A DNA stretch of 22,583 bases from a candidate division WOR-3 bacterium (GCA_965648935.1 CBFGIY010000037.1:1-22583); one strand, 5' to 3'; counted from the stretch's first letter, positions 1 through 9,720 are shown. Notes: generated by a model not told the origin, from the letters alone. A program made the numbers and translations.

Positions 1-2
1 CG

Positions 3-1463
3 GTGAGCCTGGACTCGGCCGGGACCGACACGGCGGTCTTCCCGAACTGGAACGTCGGGCCGGGCAGCCAGACGTACGAGCTGACGTTCTGGCACACGCT
101 GGCCGGCGACACCAACCGGCGCAACGACACGATAACCAAGTCGACCACGACCCGGGGCCACGACGTCGCGACCGCTTCGATGAACATCGGTCAGCGCGTG
201 CGCGCGCTGCAGGCCTTCACGCCGCGCATCACGCTTGCCAACCCGGGCGACTACACCGAGTCGGGCTTCTCCGTCTATTGTCGCATCGACTCGGCCGGCA
301 CCGCCATTTACAGCCGGACCGTCGCGGTGGACAGCGTGCCTGCCGGCGCAAGCCGCAGCTTCGCGTTCCCGGACTGGAACGTCGGGCCGGAGTCGGCGAG
401 CTACACAGTGACGATGTGGCACAACTGCGGGCCGGACCAGAACCGCGCCAACGACACTCTTGTGCGCACGACCTCGGCGACGGCCGGCATCCTGCGCGTT
501 GCGATTGAAATCGCTTCGGGCTCGGCCGGCCGCACTCCGCCCAATGCCTGCTATGCGATTGACTCGCTGTGCGAGGCCGAGGACTGGGAGTCGTCCATAG
601 TCGTCGGCACCGACATCGACACCCCCGAGGAGCTGGCGAACTACGACGTGGTCGTGACCGGCGACGTCGGCTATGCGGACAACGACTTCACGACCTACCA
701 GCGCGCGCTGCTCTCGTGGGTGCGCGATGGCGGCGGGTTTGTCGGGCTGGGATGGGGCGTGTACGGCGTGTATCGCACAGCCGGCGGCAACTCGCCGATG
801 GATTCGGTGATGGCGGTCAAGTGCTCGGGTGACTACAACTTCCTGACTTCGGGAACCGTTACCATCACCGACAGCACGCACCCGATAACCCAGGGCGTCA
901 GGGAGTTCAATGTCTACGGCCACGGCGAGTACGCCATAGCCGGCCTCTGGCCGGGAGCCGTTTCGCTCGGTTCGTACACCGCCGCGCAGGGCAACGCGTC
1001 CATCGCGTACAAGTCGCTGGGCGCGGGCCGGTCGGTCTACCTCGGGCCGATTTACTTCGCCCACTTCGGTTCCTACAACAACGAGCCGTACTACGAGGAC
1101 GCCAACTCGGTGAGGCTGCTCAAGCAGTCCATTGAGTGGGCGGCCTGGGGCTCGAGTTCCGGCATCGAGACGCCGATGACGCCGGCCGTGCCGACCCGGC
1201 TCGAGGTCGCGCGGCCCAACCCGGCGCGCGGCACGCCGACCGTCGCTTTCGCGCTTGGCGCGCCGGGCAGGGCGAGACTTGCCGTGTACGACCTCACGGG
1301 CCGGCACGTGCGCACCCTGGCCGCGGGCCAGATGCCGGCAGGTCAGCATTCCGCGACCTGGAACCGGCTGGATGACGCGGGCCGGCGCGTGAGCGCGGGC
1401 GTCTACGTCGTGCGGCTCGAGACCGGGGCCGAACGGCTGACGACGAAGGTCGTGCTCAGGTAG
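3..1463 (+). CDS. Secreted multidomain protein, 5'-partial: tandem CARDB/Ig-like repeats, ThuA/class-I GATase-like domain, C-terminal FlgD-Ig/T9SS-type sorting domain
   Basis: Repeated units FPNWNVGPGSQTY..WH..GDTNRRNDT and FPDWNVGPESASY..WH..PDQNRANDT; LANYDVVV..GGGFVG..HPITQG..GAGRSVYLG; C-terminus RPNP..LAVYDLTGRHVRTL..WNRLDDAGRRVSAGVYVVRL..KVVLR. Confidence 0.8.
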   Translation: MSLDSAGTDTAVFPNWNVGPGSQTYELTFWHTLAGDTNRRNDTITKSTTTRGHDVATASMNIGQRVRALQAFTPRITLANPGDYTESGFSVYCRIDSAGTAIYSRTVAVDSVPAGASRSFAFPDWNVGPESASYTVTMWHNCGPDQNRANDTLVRTTSATAGILRVAIEIASGSAGRTPPNACYAIDSLCEAEDWESSIVVGTDIDTPEELANYDVVVTGDVGYADNDFTTYQRALLSWVRDGGGFVGLGWGVYGVYRTAGGNSPMDSVMAVKCSGDYNFLTSGTVTITDSTHPITQGVREFNVYGHGEYAIAGLWPGAVSLGSYTAAQGNASIAYKSLGAGRSVYLGPIYFAHFGSYNNEPYYEDANSVRLLKQSIEWAAWGSSSGIETPMTPAVPTRLEVARPNPARGTPTVAFALGAPGRARLAVYDLTGRHVRTLAAGQMPAGQHSATWNRLDDAGRRVSAGVYVVRLETGAERLTTKVVLR

Positions 1464-1473
1464 GCCGTGCTTT

Positions 1474-1516
1474 GAGCGATGCGGGGCGGCGCAAGCCGCC
1501 CCGCGCTCTTGTTCTT
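1474..1516 (+). terminator. Intrinsic terminator
   Basis: GCGGGGCGGC-GCAA-GCCGCCCCGC hairpin just after the stop codon, followed by GCTCTTGTTCTT. Confidence 0.75.
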
Positions 1517-1724
1517 GCCTGAGGATGGCGCCGGGCCGGCCAGCGGGCCTTGCAGGGCCGCCCCGGGGGCGGGGGAGTGGGTTTCGGCCACGGCGCACCG
1601 GCACGCCGGCAAGTGCTTGATGCCTGGTCTGTTGGGTGCGAAATCCGGGACTCGGCCCGGCCGCAGCGGGCTGTAATGCTGGTTACAGCCGCGCCCTCGT
1701 TCTCCAGGCAGAGTGCCATCCGTG

Positions 1725-1752
1725 TTGACACACAGGCCGGAGGCCTTACGCT
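1725..1752 (+). promoter_or_regulatory. Sigma70-type promoter, probably giving a leaderless transcript
   Basis: TTGACA(1725-1730)-16 bp-TACGCT(1747-1752); in-frame GTG at 1760 after 7 nt. Confidence 0.6.
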
Positions 1753-1759
1753 TCTTTCA

Positions 1760-2398
1760 GTGCGACTTCTCAGCATGGGTGTCTGCCTCGCGGCACTTCT
1801 CGCCGGCTGCGGCGGATACGATAACGCCGACTACTTCCCGCTGGCCGCGGGCGCCGAACGGACGATGAAGGTGCGGACGCAGGCCGCGGTCGGCGCCGAG
1901 ACGACCTCAACCGAGGCAGTACGGGTCGAGGAGCGCGTGCGCGGTCTGGAGGAGGTGCCGGGACTGGGCAGGCTGTGGGTCGTCGAGTACGCGCTGGATT
2001 CCGGCCCGCCCGCTGTGTCGTTCTTCCGGCGTACCGAGGACGCGGTGACGCAGGTCGTGCCCGGCGATACCGGCGAACCCTCCGAGCTGACACTGCTGTC
2101 GCTGCCGCTGACCGTGGGCCTCAAGTGGTTTGACACGGAGCGCCGGGACCTGGTGATGGAGGTCGTGGCGCTGGATACGCTGGTGCTGGGCAACGACACC
2201 TTCCCTGATTGCTTCGAAGTGGTCACGCGCGGGCCGGGCAGCGATTCGGCGCGGTTATGGCTGGCGCCGAACATCGGGGCGGTGAAGTGGGAAAGGTATC
2301 GTTCTTTCAGAAGGGAGGATGGCCGGCAGGTCGGAATAGTGCAGCGGGCCGAGCTGGTCGAATACAGGCCGGGCCAGGTCGAATGGCCGAGGCAGTAG
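1760..2398 (+). CDS. Hypothetical lipoprotein (beta-rich; YFPL...TFPDCFEV...WLAPNIGAVK)
   Basis: Signal peptide and lipobox MRLLSMGVCLAALLAG|C from GTG 1760 (alternative ATG 1775). Confidence 0.7.
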   Translation: MRLLSMGVCLAALLAGCGGYDNADYFPLAAGAERTMKVRTQAAVGAETTSTEAVRVEERVRGLEEVPGLGRLWVVEYALDSGPPAVSFFRRTEDAVTQVVPGDTGEPSELTLLSLPLTVGLKWFDTERRDLVMEVVALDTLVLGNDTFPDCFEVVTRGPGSDSARLWLAPNIGAVKWERYRSFRREDGRQVGIVQRAELVEYRPGQVEWPRQ

Positions 2399-2431
2399 GA
2401 TGATGCAGACGGCAGGCCTCGTCCAGGAGTC

Positions 2432-4177
2432 GTGAGCCGCAAGCCACCGGCCACGGGCCGCCGGCCGCGTCTGGCGGACAGACGGACGCAGTCCCCTGCT
2501 CCTCGCCGGTTCAGCCGCGCCTGGCTTGTCGCCGTGCTCGTCGGCGTTGCTGCGGCCGCGCTGTACCTGCCGACGCTCTCGTACCCGCTGGTCTGGGATG
2601 ACGTCGACCTGGTCCAGCTCAATCGCGACAGGCCGCTGGCCGCGTTCGGCCAGAGCTTCTGGCACGGCGATGCGGCCCGCGCCCTGGGAAGGGACGCCTA
2701 CTACCGGCCGCTGGTGAACTTCAGCCTGAGAGCGGACCGCGCGGTCGGGGGCGGGGCCGCGTGGTACTATCATCTGGTCAACTGCATATTGCACGGGCTG
2801 TGCGCGGCGCTGGCCTGCCAGATTGCCGCCGCGGCCGGCGCGCCCCTGCGCTGGGCCGGGGCAGGCGGACTGCTGTTCGGGCTGCATCCGATGCTCGCCG
2901 ACAGCGTGGGCTATGTCAGCGGCCGGACCGATGTTCTCTGCGGCATCGGTGTCGGCCTGGCCCTGTTCGGGCTCCTGAAATGGCTTGAGCTTGGCCGGCT
3001 GCGCGACGTCGGACTGGTCCTGGCCGGTACCGCACTCAGTCTAGGGGCCAAGGAGACGGCCCTGGTGCTTGTGATTGCCGTGCCGGCTGCTTTGCTCTGG
3101 GCGCGGCGCGGACGAATGATGCGTCGGGACTGGCTGGTGGCGGTCGCTGTTGTTCTGCCGGCGGCCGGTTATCTCGCGGCGCGGACAGCGGTGCTGGGTT
3201 CGGCGGCCGGGTTCGGACCGGGCGGGAAGGCACTGGCCGCGGCGATGCTCGCGCTGAACAACGCGGGCCGGACCGCGTTGCTCGGGCTGGCGCCGTTTGT
3301 GCCGAGGGTCTTCGCGTGGGACGGGGCGGTGCTGGCCGCACCGTCTCTGTGGCTTGTGCCGCTGGCCGCACTGGCCGCGGCCGCCTTCTGGGTGGCGCGG
3401 CGACATGCGGCCGGGCCGGGGCGGGTGCTGGCGGTGAACGGGGTCCTGCTGCTGGCCGCCGCTTCCGGCCTTGCGCAGTACGGACCTCTCGGCCGTGCGG
3501 TGTACCTGCCCGGGCTGGCCCTGATTCCCTTTGCGGCTGCAGTGGCGGCCCGGCTGACCCTGGGGCGGGCGCGCGCCGGGCGCGCGGCCCTGGGCGTGGC
3601 CCTGTTGCTGGCCGCGGCGGCGGTCCCGCTTGCCCTGGGCCGGATGCGGGTCTGGCAGGACGGGTACAAGCTTTTCTCGCGGATGACCGAAGAGGCGCCG
3701 GGTTACGCGGCCGGGCACTTCAATCTCGCGTTCGAGCACCGGCGCCGGGGCGAGACCGAAGCGGCGATGGCCGCCTATCGGCGGGTGATAGAGCTTGACT
3801 CGACCGCGGGTCTTGCCTGGTCAAACCTCGGCGCGATGCTGCAGGGCGCGGGGCGGCTGGCCGAGGCCGCGAGAATGTACGAGGTAACGGTCCGGCTGCT
3901 GCCCGACTACGCGCTGGCGCGCAACAACCTGGGCATCGTGCTGTACCAGCTGGGTGATGCCGATGGCGCGGTGCGCGAGCTGGAACGGGCGGTGGCGCTC
4001 AATCCGCGCGATGCCGGCGCGGCATACAATCTCGCGCGGGTTCTGCAGCGCACCGGCCGGCCCGGGGCCGCGCTGGCCTATGCCCGGCGGGCGGCAGAGC
4101 TCGAACCGGGCAACCAGTTGTACCGTTCGACCGTCAGAGAGTTGGAGTCCGGCCAGGGCGCCGCGCGTCTGCCTTGA
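2432..4177 (+). CDS. TMTC-like GT-C membrane glycosyltransferase with C-terminal TPR repeats
   Basis: Motifs LVWDD, YYRPL, YHLVNCILH, LFGLHPM..SV.YVSGR.DVL, KETAL; many TM helices; TPRs (AWSNLG, ARNNLG, AYNLA). Confidence 0.8.
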   Translation: MSRKPPATGRRPRLADRRTQSPAPRRFSRAWLVAVLVGVAAAALYLPTLSYPLVWDDVDLVQLNRDRPLAAFGQSFWHGDAARALGRDAYYRPLVNFSLRADRAVGGGAAWYYHLVNCILHGLCAALACQIAAAAGAPLRWAGAGGLLFGLHPMLADSVGYVSGRTDVLCGIGVGLALFGLLKWLELGRLRDVGLVLAGTALSLGAKETALVLVIAVPAALLWARRGRMMRRDWLVAVAVVLPAAGYLAARTAVLGSAAGFGPGGKALAAAMLALNNAGRTALLGLAPFVPRVFAWDGAVLAAPSLWLVPLAALAAAAFWVARRHAAGPGRVLAVNGVLLLAAASGLAQYGPLGRAVYLPGLALIPFAAAVAARLTLGRARAGRAALGVALLLAAAAVPLALGRMRVWQDGYKLFSRMTEEAPGYAAGHFNLAFEHRRRGETEAAMAAYRRVIELDSTAGLAWSNLGAMLQGAGRLAEAARMYEVTVRLLPDYALARNNLGIVLYQLGDADGAVRELERAVALNPRDAGAAYNLARVLQRTGRPGAALAYARRAAELEPGNQLYRSTVRELESGQGAARLP

Positions 4178-4202
4178 CACCGGGCCCGCGCCGAAGTCTA
4201 AT
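4174..4202 (+). promoter_or_regulatory. Putative sigma70 promoter for the small gene
   Basis: TTGACA(4174-4179, contains the upstream TGA stop)-17 bp-TCTAAT in an AT-rich patch; -10 is imperfect. Confidence 0.5.
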
Positions 4203-4233
4203 TATATGCAACGCGTCGAAAGGAGGACCGTCT

Positions 4234-4452
4234 ATGGCTGACGAAGCCAAGAGAACGCCCGCTCCTGAACCGCTAACCCCAGAAGACAACGAGTCGGTGT
4301 ACCCCGAAGACCTGACGGTCTGTACCCACGAACGGACCCCGGCCCAGCGCGCGAGCCGGGTAGCCCGTCACACAAACACGCGCGAGGACTGGTCCGAGGC
4401 GCAACGCGTTATTGAGGAGGAGAAGGCCCGTCGCCGAAACCCGACGACGTAG
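4234..4452 (+). CDS. Small hypothetical protein (72 aa)
   Basis: AGGAGG 7 nt before ATG 4234; promoter upstream and terminator downstream. Confidence 0.65.
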   Translation: MADEAKRTPAPEPLTPEDNESVYPEDLTVCTHERTPAQRASRVARHTNTREDWSEAQRVIEEEKARRRNPTT

Positions 4453-4470
4453 CCCGTTTGTCGGCTGTCT

Positions 4471-4504
4471 GGCCCGGGGCGACCTCGCCCCGGGCCGCTC
4501 TTTC
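4471..4504 (+). terminator. Intrinsic terminator
   Basis: GGCCCGGGGCG-ACCT-CGCCCCGGGCC followed by GCTCTTTC. Confidence 0.7.
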
Positions 4505-4722
4505 AGTGTGGCTTGAGGGCGCGGCCGGCGACTGCAAAGCCTGTAACTGCAATGTGTTACATTGAATATACTGAAGTGTTCTGTCTTGCCGGCACCGTGG
4601 CGGCACGGGTGGAGGCGTCGGGCCGGTGTCCGACAGCGCGTGTCGGGCTGGTGCGACCGACGCGCGCGCTGGTGCCCGACCGGGTAAGCCTCGATAGCGC
4701 TGAACATTGGTCAAATCAGGTG

Positions 4723-4750
4723 TTGACATCCGGTCGTCCATTAGTATATT
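4723..4750 (+). promoter_or_regulatory. S10 operon promoter
   Basis: TTGACA(4723-4728)-16 bp-TATATT(4745-4750), about 115 nt upstream of rpsJ. Confidence 0.7.
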
Positions 4751-4864
4751 GTCCAGCTTTTCGCCAGGACGGCGATCGGGCCGAGCAAGACTAGGCCCCA
4801 GAAGACAAAAAGCAAAGGACCGAGAGGCAGCCAGTTTCGTTTTGCTGTTTTGCGTTGAAGAAAG

Positions 4865-5188
4865 ATGAGCTTAATACGTAGCGCCAAGAAGATCCGCATC
4901 AAGCTGAAGGCACACGACAACCGTGTGCTCGACCAGTCGGCGCGCGACATAGTCGATGTCGCGAAGCGGACCGGTGCCCAGGTTTCCGGGCCGGTGCCGC
5001 TGCCGACCAAGCGGACGCTGTTCACGGTGCTGCGCTCGCCGCACGTGGACAAGCGTTCGCGCGAGCAGTTCGAGTTGCGCGTGCACAAGCGGCTCATCGA
5101 GATTTCCAACGCCACGGCCGAGATGGTCGACGCGCTTATGAAGCTGGAAGTGCCGGCCGGCGTCGAAGTGGAGATCAAGTCAGCATGA
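4865..5188 (+). CDS. rpsJ: 30S ribosomal protein uS10
   Basis: [32 protein letters not shown]. Confidence 0.98.
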   Translation: MSLIRSAKKIRIKLKAHDNRVLDQSARDIVDVAKRTGAQVSGPVPLPTKRTLFTVLRSPHVDKRSREQFELRVHKRLIEISNATAEMVDALMKLEVPAGVEVEIKSA

Positions 5189-5802
5189 CCGGGCTGATCG
5201 GCATCAAGGGCGAGATGTGCCAGGTCTACGACGACCAGGGAGTCGTCTGGTCCTCGACCGTGATTTCGGTCAACGACTGCGTCGTCGTGCGCAGGCGCAC
5301 CGCCAGGACCGACGGCTACGAGGCGCTGCAGCTGGGCATCGGCAAGCCGACCGCCCGCAAGAGCACCAAGCCGGTCGCGGGTCACTACAAGAAGGCCGGG
5401 GTCGACCCCAAGCGCTACCTGCGCGAGGTCCGGGTTGATGCGAGCGACGCACGCAAGGTCGGCGACAAGGTCACCGTGGACATCTTCCAGCCGGGCGACA
5501 AGGTCAAGGTCACGGGCACGACCCGCGGCCGCGGCTTCGCGGGCGGCATGCGCCGCTGGGGCTGGCACGGCGGCCCGGAGACGCACGGCTCGATGACCCA
5601 CCGGCGCATCGGCTCGATCGGCTCGGGCACTTCGCCGGGCCGGGTGCTGCCGGGTCGGACCATGCCGGGGCACTACGGCGTCGAGCGCGTCACCGTGCGC
5701 AACCTGAAGGTTGTCCGGGTTGAACCGGAAAAGGGCCTGCTCTACGTGCACGGCGCAGTGCCGGGGCACCGCGGCGGGCTGGTGATTGTCAGGAAGGCCT
5801 GA
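5185..5802 (+). CDS. rplC: 50S ribosomal protein uL3
   Basis: [35 protein letters not shown]. Confidence 0.98.
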   Translation: MTGLIGIKGEMCQVYDDQGVVWSSTVISVNDCVVVRRRTARTDGYEALQLGIGKPTARKSTKPVAGHYKKAGVDPKRYLREVRVDASDARKVGDKVTVDIFQPGDKVKVTGTTRGRGFAGGMRRWGWHGGPETHGSMTHRRIGSIGSGTSPGRVLPGRTMPGHYGVERVTVRNLKVVRVEPEKGLLYVHGAVPGHRGGLVIVRKA

Positions 5803-5807
5803 TTCTC

Positions 5808-6434
5808 GTGGAAACTCCAGTCAAGACCGTTACCGGCAGCGTCAAGGGCCAGGCCAGCCTGCCCGATTCGGTGTTCGGAGTCACCGGTTCGGCCGGCGTG
5901 CTCTGGGAGTCGGTGCGCTGCTACCTGGCCAACCAGCGCCAGGGCAACAGCAGCACGAAGACCCGCGCCGAGGTTTCCGGCACCGGCAAGAAGCCGTACC
6001 GGCAGAAGCACACCGGCCGGGCACGCCACGGTTCGCGGCGCAGCCCGATTCACGTCGGCGGCGGCATCGTGTTCGGGCCGCGGCCGCGCGACTACGGATT
6101 CGAGCTGCCGAAGAAGATTCGCCGGCGCGCGCTGTGTCTCGCGCTGAGCGAGCGCCAGGCCGAAGGCGCGGTGACCATTGTCGAGGATTTCGAATTGCCC
6201 GCGCCCAAGACCAAGGAGATGGCCAGGGTGCTTGCCGGCCTGGGTGTTGAGAAGTCGGTGCTGCTTCTGGTCGATGAGGTGTCGCCGACGCTCAAGCGCG
6301 CCAGCGCCAACATCCCGGGCCTGACCGTGGTCGCAGCCAGCCGGGTCGCGCCCTACTGGGTACTCGGGCACGAGCGGGTCGTCATCACCGAGAAGGGGCT
6401 GGCGAGCCTTCTCAAAACCGCGGGGGCGGCGTGA
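5808..6434 (+). CDS. rplD: 50S ribosomal protein uL4
   Basis: [40 protein letters not shown]. Confidence 0.98.
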   Translation: METPVKTVTGSVKGQASLPDSVFGVTGSAGVLWESVRCYLANQRQGNSSTKTRAEVSGTGKKPYRQKHTGRARHGSRRSPIHVGGGIVFGPRPRDYGFELPKKIRRRALCLALSERQAEGAVTIVEDFELPAPKTKEMARVLAGLGVEKSVLLLVDEVSPTLKRASANIPGLTVVAASRVAPYWVLGHERVVITEKGLASLLKTAGAA

Positions 6435-6721
6435 ATCTGGAACCAACGCGGGTGATACTGGGCGCGGTCGTGACCGAGAAGTCGGAACGGCTGAAGGTCG
6501 ACACCAACAGCTACTCGTTCCGGGTCGCGGTGGACGCCAACAAGATTGACGTGCGGCGGGCCGTGGAGCAGTTATTCAAGGTCCACGTCACCGAGGTGCG
6601 CGTGATGAACCAGCGGGGCAAGCTCAAGCGGATGGGCCGGTTCGAGGGCAGGCGCCCGAGCTGGAAGAAGGCAATCGTCACGCTGAAGCAGGGCGACAAG
6701 ATCGAGGCTTTGGAGCGATAG
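6431..6721 (+). CDS. rplW: 50S ribosomal protein uL23
   Basis: [21 protein letters not shown]. Confidence 0.98.
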   Translation: MNLEPTRVILGAVVTEKSERLKVDTNSYSFRVAVDANKIDVRRAVEQLFKVHVTEVRVMNQRGKLKRMGRFEGRRPSWKKAIVTLKQGDKIEALER

Positions 6722-6725
6722 GACG

Positions 6726-7553
6726 ATGCCGATAAAGAACTACCGACCGATAACCCCGGCGCGGCGCTACTACAGCGTCGTCACCCGCGAGGACCTGACG
6801 CGGACCGAGCCGCACCGGTCGCTGCTCTCGCCCAAGCGCAAGAACGGCGGCCGCAACAACACCGGCCGTCTGACTGTGAAGTGCCGCGGCGGCGGCGAGC
6901 GGCGCCACTACCGGCTGATCGACTTCCGGCGCGACAAGACCGGGATCCCGGGGCGGGTCGTGTCGGTCGAGTATGACCCGAACCGCTCGAGCCGCATCGC
7001 CCTGGTCTGTCACGCGGACGGCGAGTACCGCTACATCCTCTGTCCGGCCGGGCTGAAGGTCGGCGACAGCGTGATGGCGGGCCGCAACCTGCCGATTCGC
7101 GACGGCAACGCGATGCCGCTGTCCGATATGCCGGCGGGTATCGAGATTCACAACCTGCAACTTCACCCGCAGAGCAATTCGTTCCTCGTTCGCTCGGCCG
7201 GGACTGCGGCCCAGTTAATGGCCAAGGAAGAGACGCTCGCCGTGGTCAAACTGCCTTCAGGCGAGCTGCGCAAGTTTCACAAGGACTGCATGGCGACGGT
7301 CGGCCGCGTGTCAAACGCCGAGCACAAGGACGTGTCAATTGGCAAGGCCGGCCGGATGCGCCACCGCGGCCGCCGGCCCAGGGTCCGCGCCGTTGCGATG
7401 AACCCGATCGACCACCCGATGGGCGGCGGCGAGGGCAAGTCTTCAGGCGGACGGCATCCCTGTTCCGAGCGCGGGATACCGGCCAAGGGCTACCGGACCC
7501 GCAACCCGAAGAAGCAGTCCAGCCGGTGGATAGTGCAGAGGAGGAAGCGCTAA
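6726..7553 (+). CDS. rplB: 50S ribosomal protein uL2
   Basis: [28 protein letters not shown]. Confidence 0.99.
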   Translation: MPIKNYRPITPARRYYSVVTREDLTRTEPHRSLLSPKRKNGGRNNTGRLTVKCRGGGERRHYRLIDFRRDKTGIPGRVVSVEYDPNRSSRIALVCHADGEYRYILCPAGLKVGDSVMAGRNLPIRDGNAMPLSDMPAGIEIHNLQLHPQSNSFLVRSAGTAAQLMAKEETLAVVKLPSGELRKFHKDCMATVGRVSNAEHKDVSIGKAGRMRHRGRRPRVRAVAMNPIDHPMGGGEGKSSGGRHPCSERGIPAKGYRTRNPKKQSSRWIVQRRKR

Positions 7554-7841
7554 GTGGGTCGTTCAATCCGCAAGGGCCCCTACATTGACGAGAAGCTGTT
7601 CCGGCGCGTCCGGCAGCTGCTTGATGCCGGCGAGAAGCGGACATTGCGAACCTATGCCCGGCGCAGCGTCATCCCGCCCGAGTTTGTCGGCCAGACGATA
7701 GCCGTTCACAACGGCAACCGCTTCCTGCCGGTCTACATTACCGAGCGGATGGTCGGGCACCGGCTGGGCGAGTTCGCCCCGACCCGCACTTTCCGTCAGC
7801 ACTCGGGCCAGCGCAAGGAAAAGGCTGAGGAGAAGAAGTAG
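7554..7841 (+). CDS. rpsS: 30S ribosomal protein uS19
   Basis: RSIRKGPY..VHNG..MVGHRLGEFAPTR. Confidence 0.98.
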   Translation: MGRSIRKGPYIDEKLFRRVRQLLDAGEKRTLRTYARRSVIPPEFVGQTIAVHNGNRFLPVYITERMVGHRLGEFAPTRTFRQHSGQRKEKAEEKK

Positions 7842-7845
7842 CAGT

Positions 7846-8205
7846 ATGATAGAAGCAACCGCTGTCAGCCGGTTCCAGCGCGGCTCGACGAAGAAGCTGG
7901 CGCTGGTCGCTGACCTTATCCGCGGGCGCGATGTCCCGACCGCGCTGCATACCCTGGCGTTCCTCGCCAAACCTTCCAAGGCGCCTGTGCAGAAGACGCT
8001 GCGCTCGGCCGTGGCCAACGCCATCGCCAAGGCGGGCAAGGCCAAGCTGAAGGAAGGCGACCTCGTGGTGGCCGAAGCCCGGGTCGAACCGGGACCGATC
8101 ATGAAGCGCTGGCAGCCCGGACCGCGGGGCAGCGCGACACCGATCCGCAAGCGCATGGTCCACGTGCACGTCCGGGTCGCCACGAAGAAGGGAGCCAAGG
8201 TCTAG
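7846..8205 (+). CDS. rplV: 50S ribosomal protein uL22
   Basis: VADLIRG..LRSAVANA..GPIMKR; operon position. Confidence 0.96.
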   Translation: MIEATAVSRFQRGSTKKLALVADLIRGRDVPTALHTLAFLAKPSKAPVQKTLRSAVANAIAKAGKAKLKEGDLVVAEARVEPGPIMKRWQPGPRGSATPIRKRMVHVHVRVATKKGAKV

Positions 8206-8208
8206 GCG

Positions 8209-8847
8209 ATGGGTCAGAAGACACACCCGCTGGGTTTTCGGCTGGGCATCAGCAAGGACTGGAAATCGGCCTGGTTCGACAAGAAGAATTACCGGGCCTA
8301 CCTCCACGAGGACATCAAGATTCGCCGTTACCTCGAGGCCAAGCTGAGCGACGCGATGATCTCCGACATCCAGATCCGGCGAGTCGCGAACCGGACTACC
8401 GTGACGATCCACACCGCCCGGCCGGGCATGGTTTTCGGCGCCCGGCGGCAGGCGCTCGATGCGTTGCGCGAGGAGGTCAGGCAGCTCATCGGTCACGACC
8501 TGCAGATACACGTCGAGGTCGTGCGCGTGCCCGAGCTGGAGTCGCGACTGGTCGCCCAGAACATCGCCCGCCAGCTCGAACAGCGCGTTGCCCACCGCCG
8601 CGCGATGAAGCGCGCGGTGACGCAGGTGATGCGGCTGGGCGCGCTGGGGATCAAGGTGATGGTTGCCGGCCGGCTCGGCGGCAATGAAATCGCCCGGAGC
8701 GAGTGGTACCGCGAGGGCCGCGTGCCGCTGCAGACGCTCAAGGCCGACATCGACTACTCGGTCGAAACGGCGCGCACCATCGCCGGCACGGTCGGCGTGA
8801 AGGTCTGGATCTACAAGGGCGACGTGGCCCAGCCGGCGCGAGGATAA
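8209..8847 (+). CDS. rpsC: 30S ribosomal protein uS3
   Basis: [33 protein letters not shown]. Confidence 0.99.
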   Translation: MGQKTHPLGFRLGISKDWKSAWFDKKNYRAYLHEDIKIRRYLEAKLSDAMISDIQIRRVANRTTVTIHTARPGMVFGARRQALDALREEVRQLIGHDLQIHVEVVRVPELESRLVAQNIARQLEQRVAHRRAMKRAVTQVMRLGALGIKVMVAGRLGGNEIARSEWYREGRVPLQTLKADIDYSVETARTIAGTVGVKVWIYKGDVAQPARG

Positions 8848-8851
8848 CACC

Positions 8852-9280
8852 ATGTTGATGCCGAAGAGAGTAAAGTACCGCAAGGCGATGCGCGGCCGTA
8901 TGAAGGGCAAGGCAACGCGCGCCAACCGGGTTGATTTCGGCGAGTACGGGCTGATGGCGCTGGAGCCGTGCTGGATAACCGCCCGCCAGATCGAGGCGGC
9001 CCGCGTCTGCCTGTCCAAAGCGCTCAAGCGGGCAGGCAAGCTCTGGATCAGGATTTTCCCCGACAAACCGGTGTCGAAGAAGGCCGCCGAGTCGCGCATG
9101 GGCAAGGGCAAGGGCACACCCGAGATCTGGGTGAGCGTTGTCAAGCCCGGCACGGTGATGTTCGAGCTGGGCGGAGTTCCGGCCAACGAGGCGGCGGTCG
9201 CCCTGCGGCTGGCCGGCAGCAAGATGCCCTGCCGGACGAGGATAGTGGAGCGCGAGGAGATCACCTGTGAAGGTTTCTGA
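8852..9280 (+). CDS. rplP: 50S ribosomal protein uL16
   Basis: [27 protein letters not shown]. Confidence 0.99.
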   Translation: MLMPKRVKYRKAMRGRMKGKATRANRVDFGEYGLMALEPCWITARQIEAARVCLSKALKRAGKLWIRIFPDKPVSKKAAESRMGKGKGTPEIWVSVVKPGTVMFELGGVPANEAAVALRLAGSKMPCRTRIVEREEITCEGF

Positions 9281-9488
9281 TCTGCGCGAGTTGACGCGCG
9301 ACGAACTCGTCCGCAAGCTCGGCGAGTTGCGCGACGAGATGTTCAAGCTGCGGCTGCGCCAGGCGGGCGAGGAGCTGCCCAACCCGCTTCGGATTCGCTC
9401 GATCCGCCGCGATATTGCGCGCTGCCAGACGATACTGGCGCAGGTCGACCGCGCCGCGACACCGAAGACGGAGGCCCGCAATGCGTAA
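9267..9488 (+). CDS. rpmC: 50S ribosomal protein uL29
   Basis: [32 protein letters not shown]. Confidence 0.96.
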   Translation: MKVSDLRELTRDELVRKLGELRDEMFKLRLRQAGEELPNPLRIRSIRRDIARCQTILAQVDRAATPKTEARNA

Positions 9489-9720
9489 GCCGCGCCGGAC
9501 AGTGGTGGGCGTGGTGAAGTCGGCCAAGATGCAGAAGACCGTGGTCGTGGCGGTCGACCGGCTGGAGCTGCACCCCAAGTACAAGAAGTACATCCGCAAA
9601 CGCACCAAGTACTATGCTCACGACGAGCGCGCCGAGTGCCAGGAAGGCGACAAGGTGCTGATTGCCGAGACCCGGCCGCTGTCGGCGCTCAAACGCTGGC
9701 GGGTGGTGAAGAAGATATGA
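9481..9720 (+). CDS. rpsQ: 30S ribosomal protein uS17
   Basis: [31 protein letters not shown] 9481 with GGAGG. Confidence 0.97.
   Translation: MRKPRRTVVGVVKSAKMQKTVVVAVDRLELHPKYKKYIRKRTKYYAHDERAECQEGDKVLIAETRPLSALKRWRVVKKI

Noticed and set aside
4585..4682. GC-rich hairpins (e.g. CCGACA-GCGCG-TGTCGG) as a possible ncRNA
   Set aside because: Short stems are expected at this GC content; no recognisable RNA family
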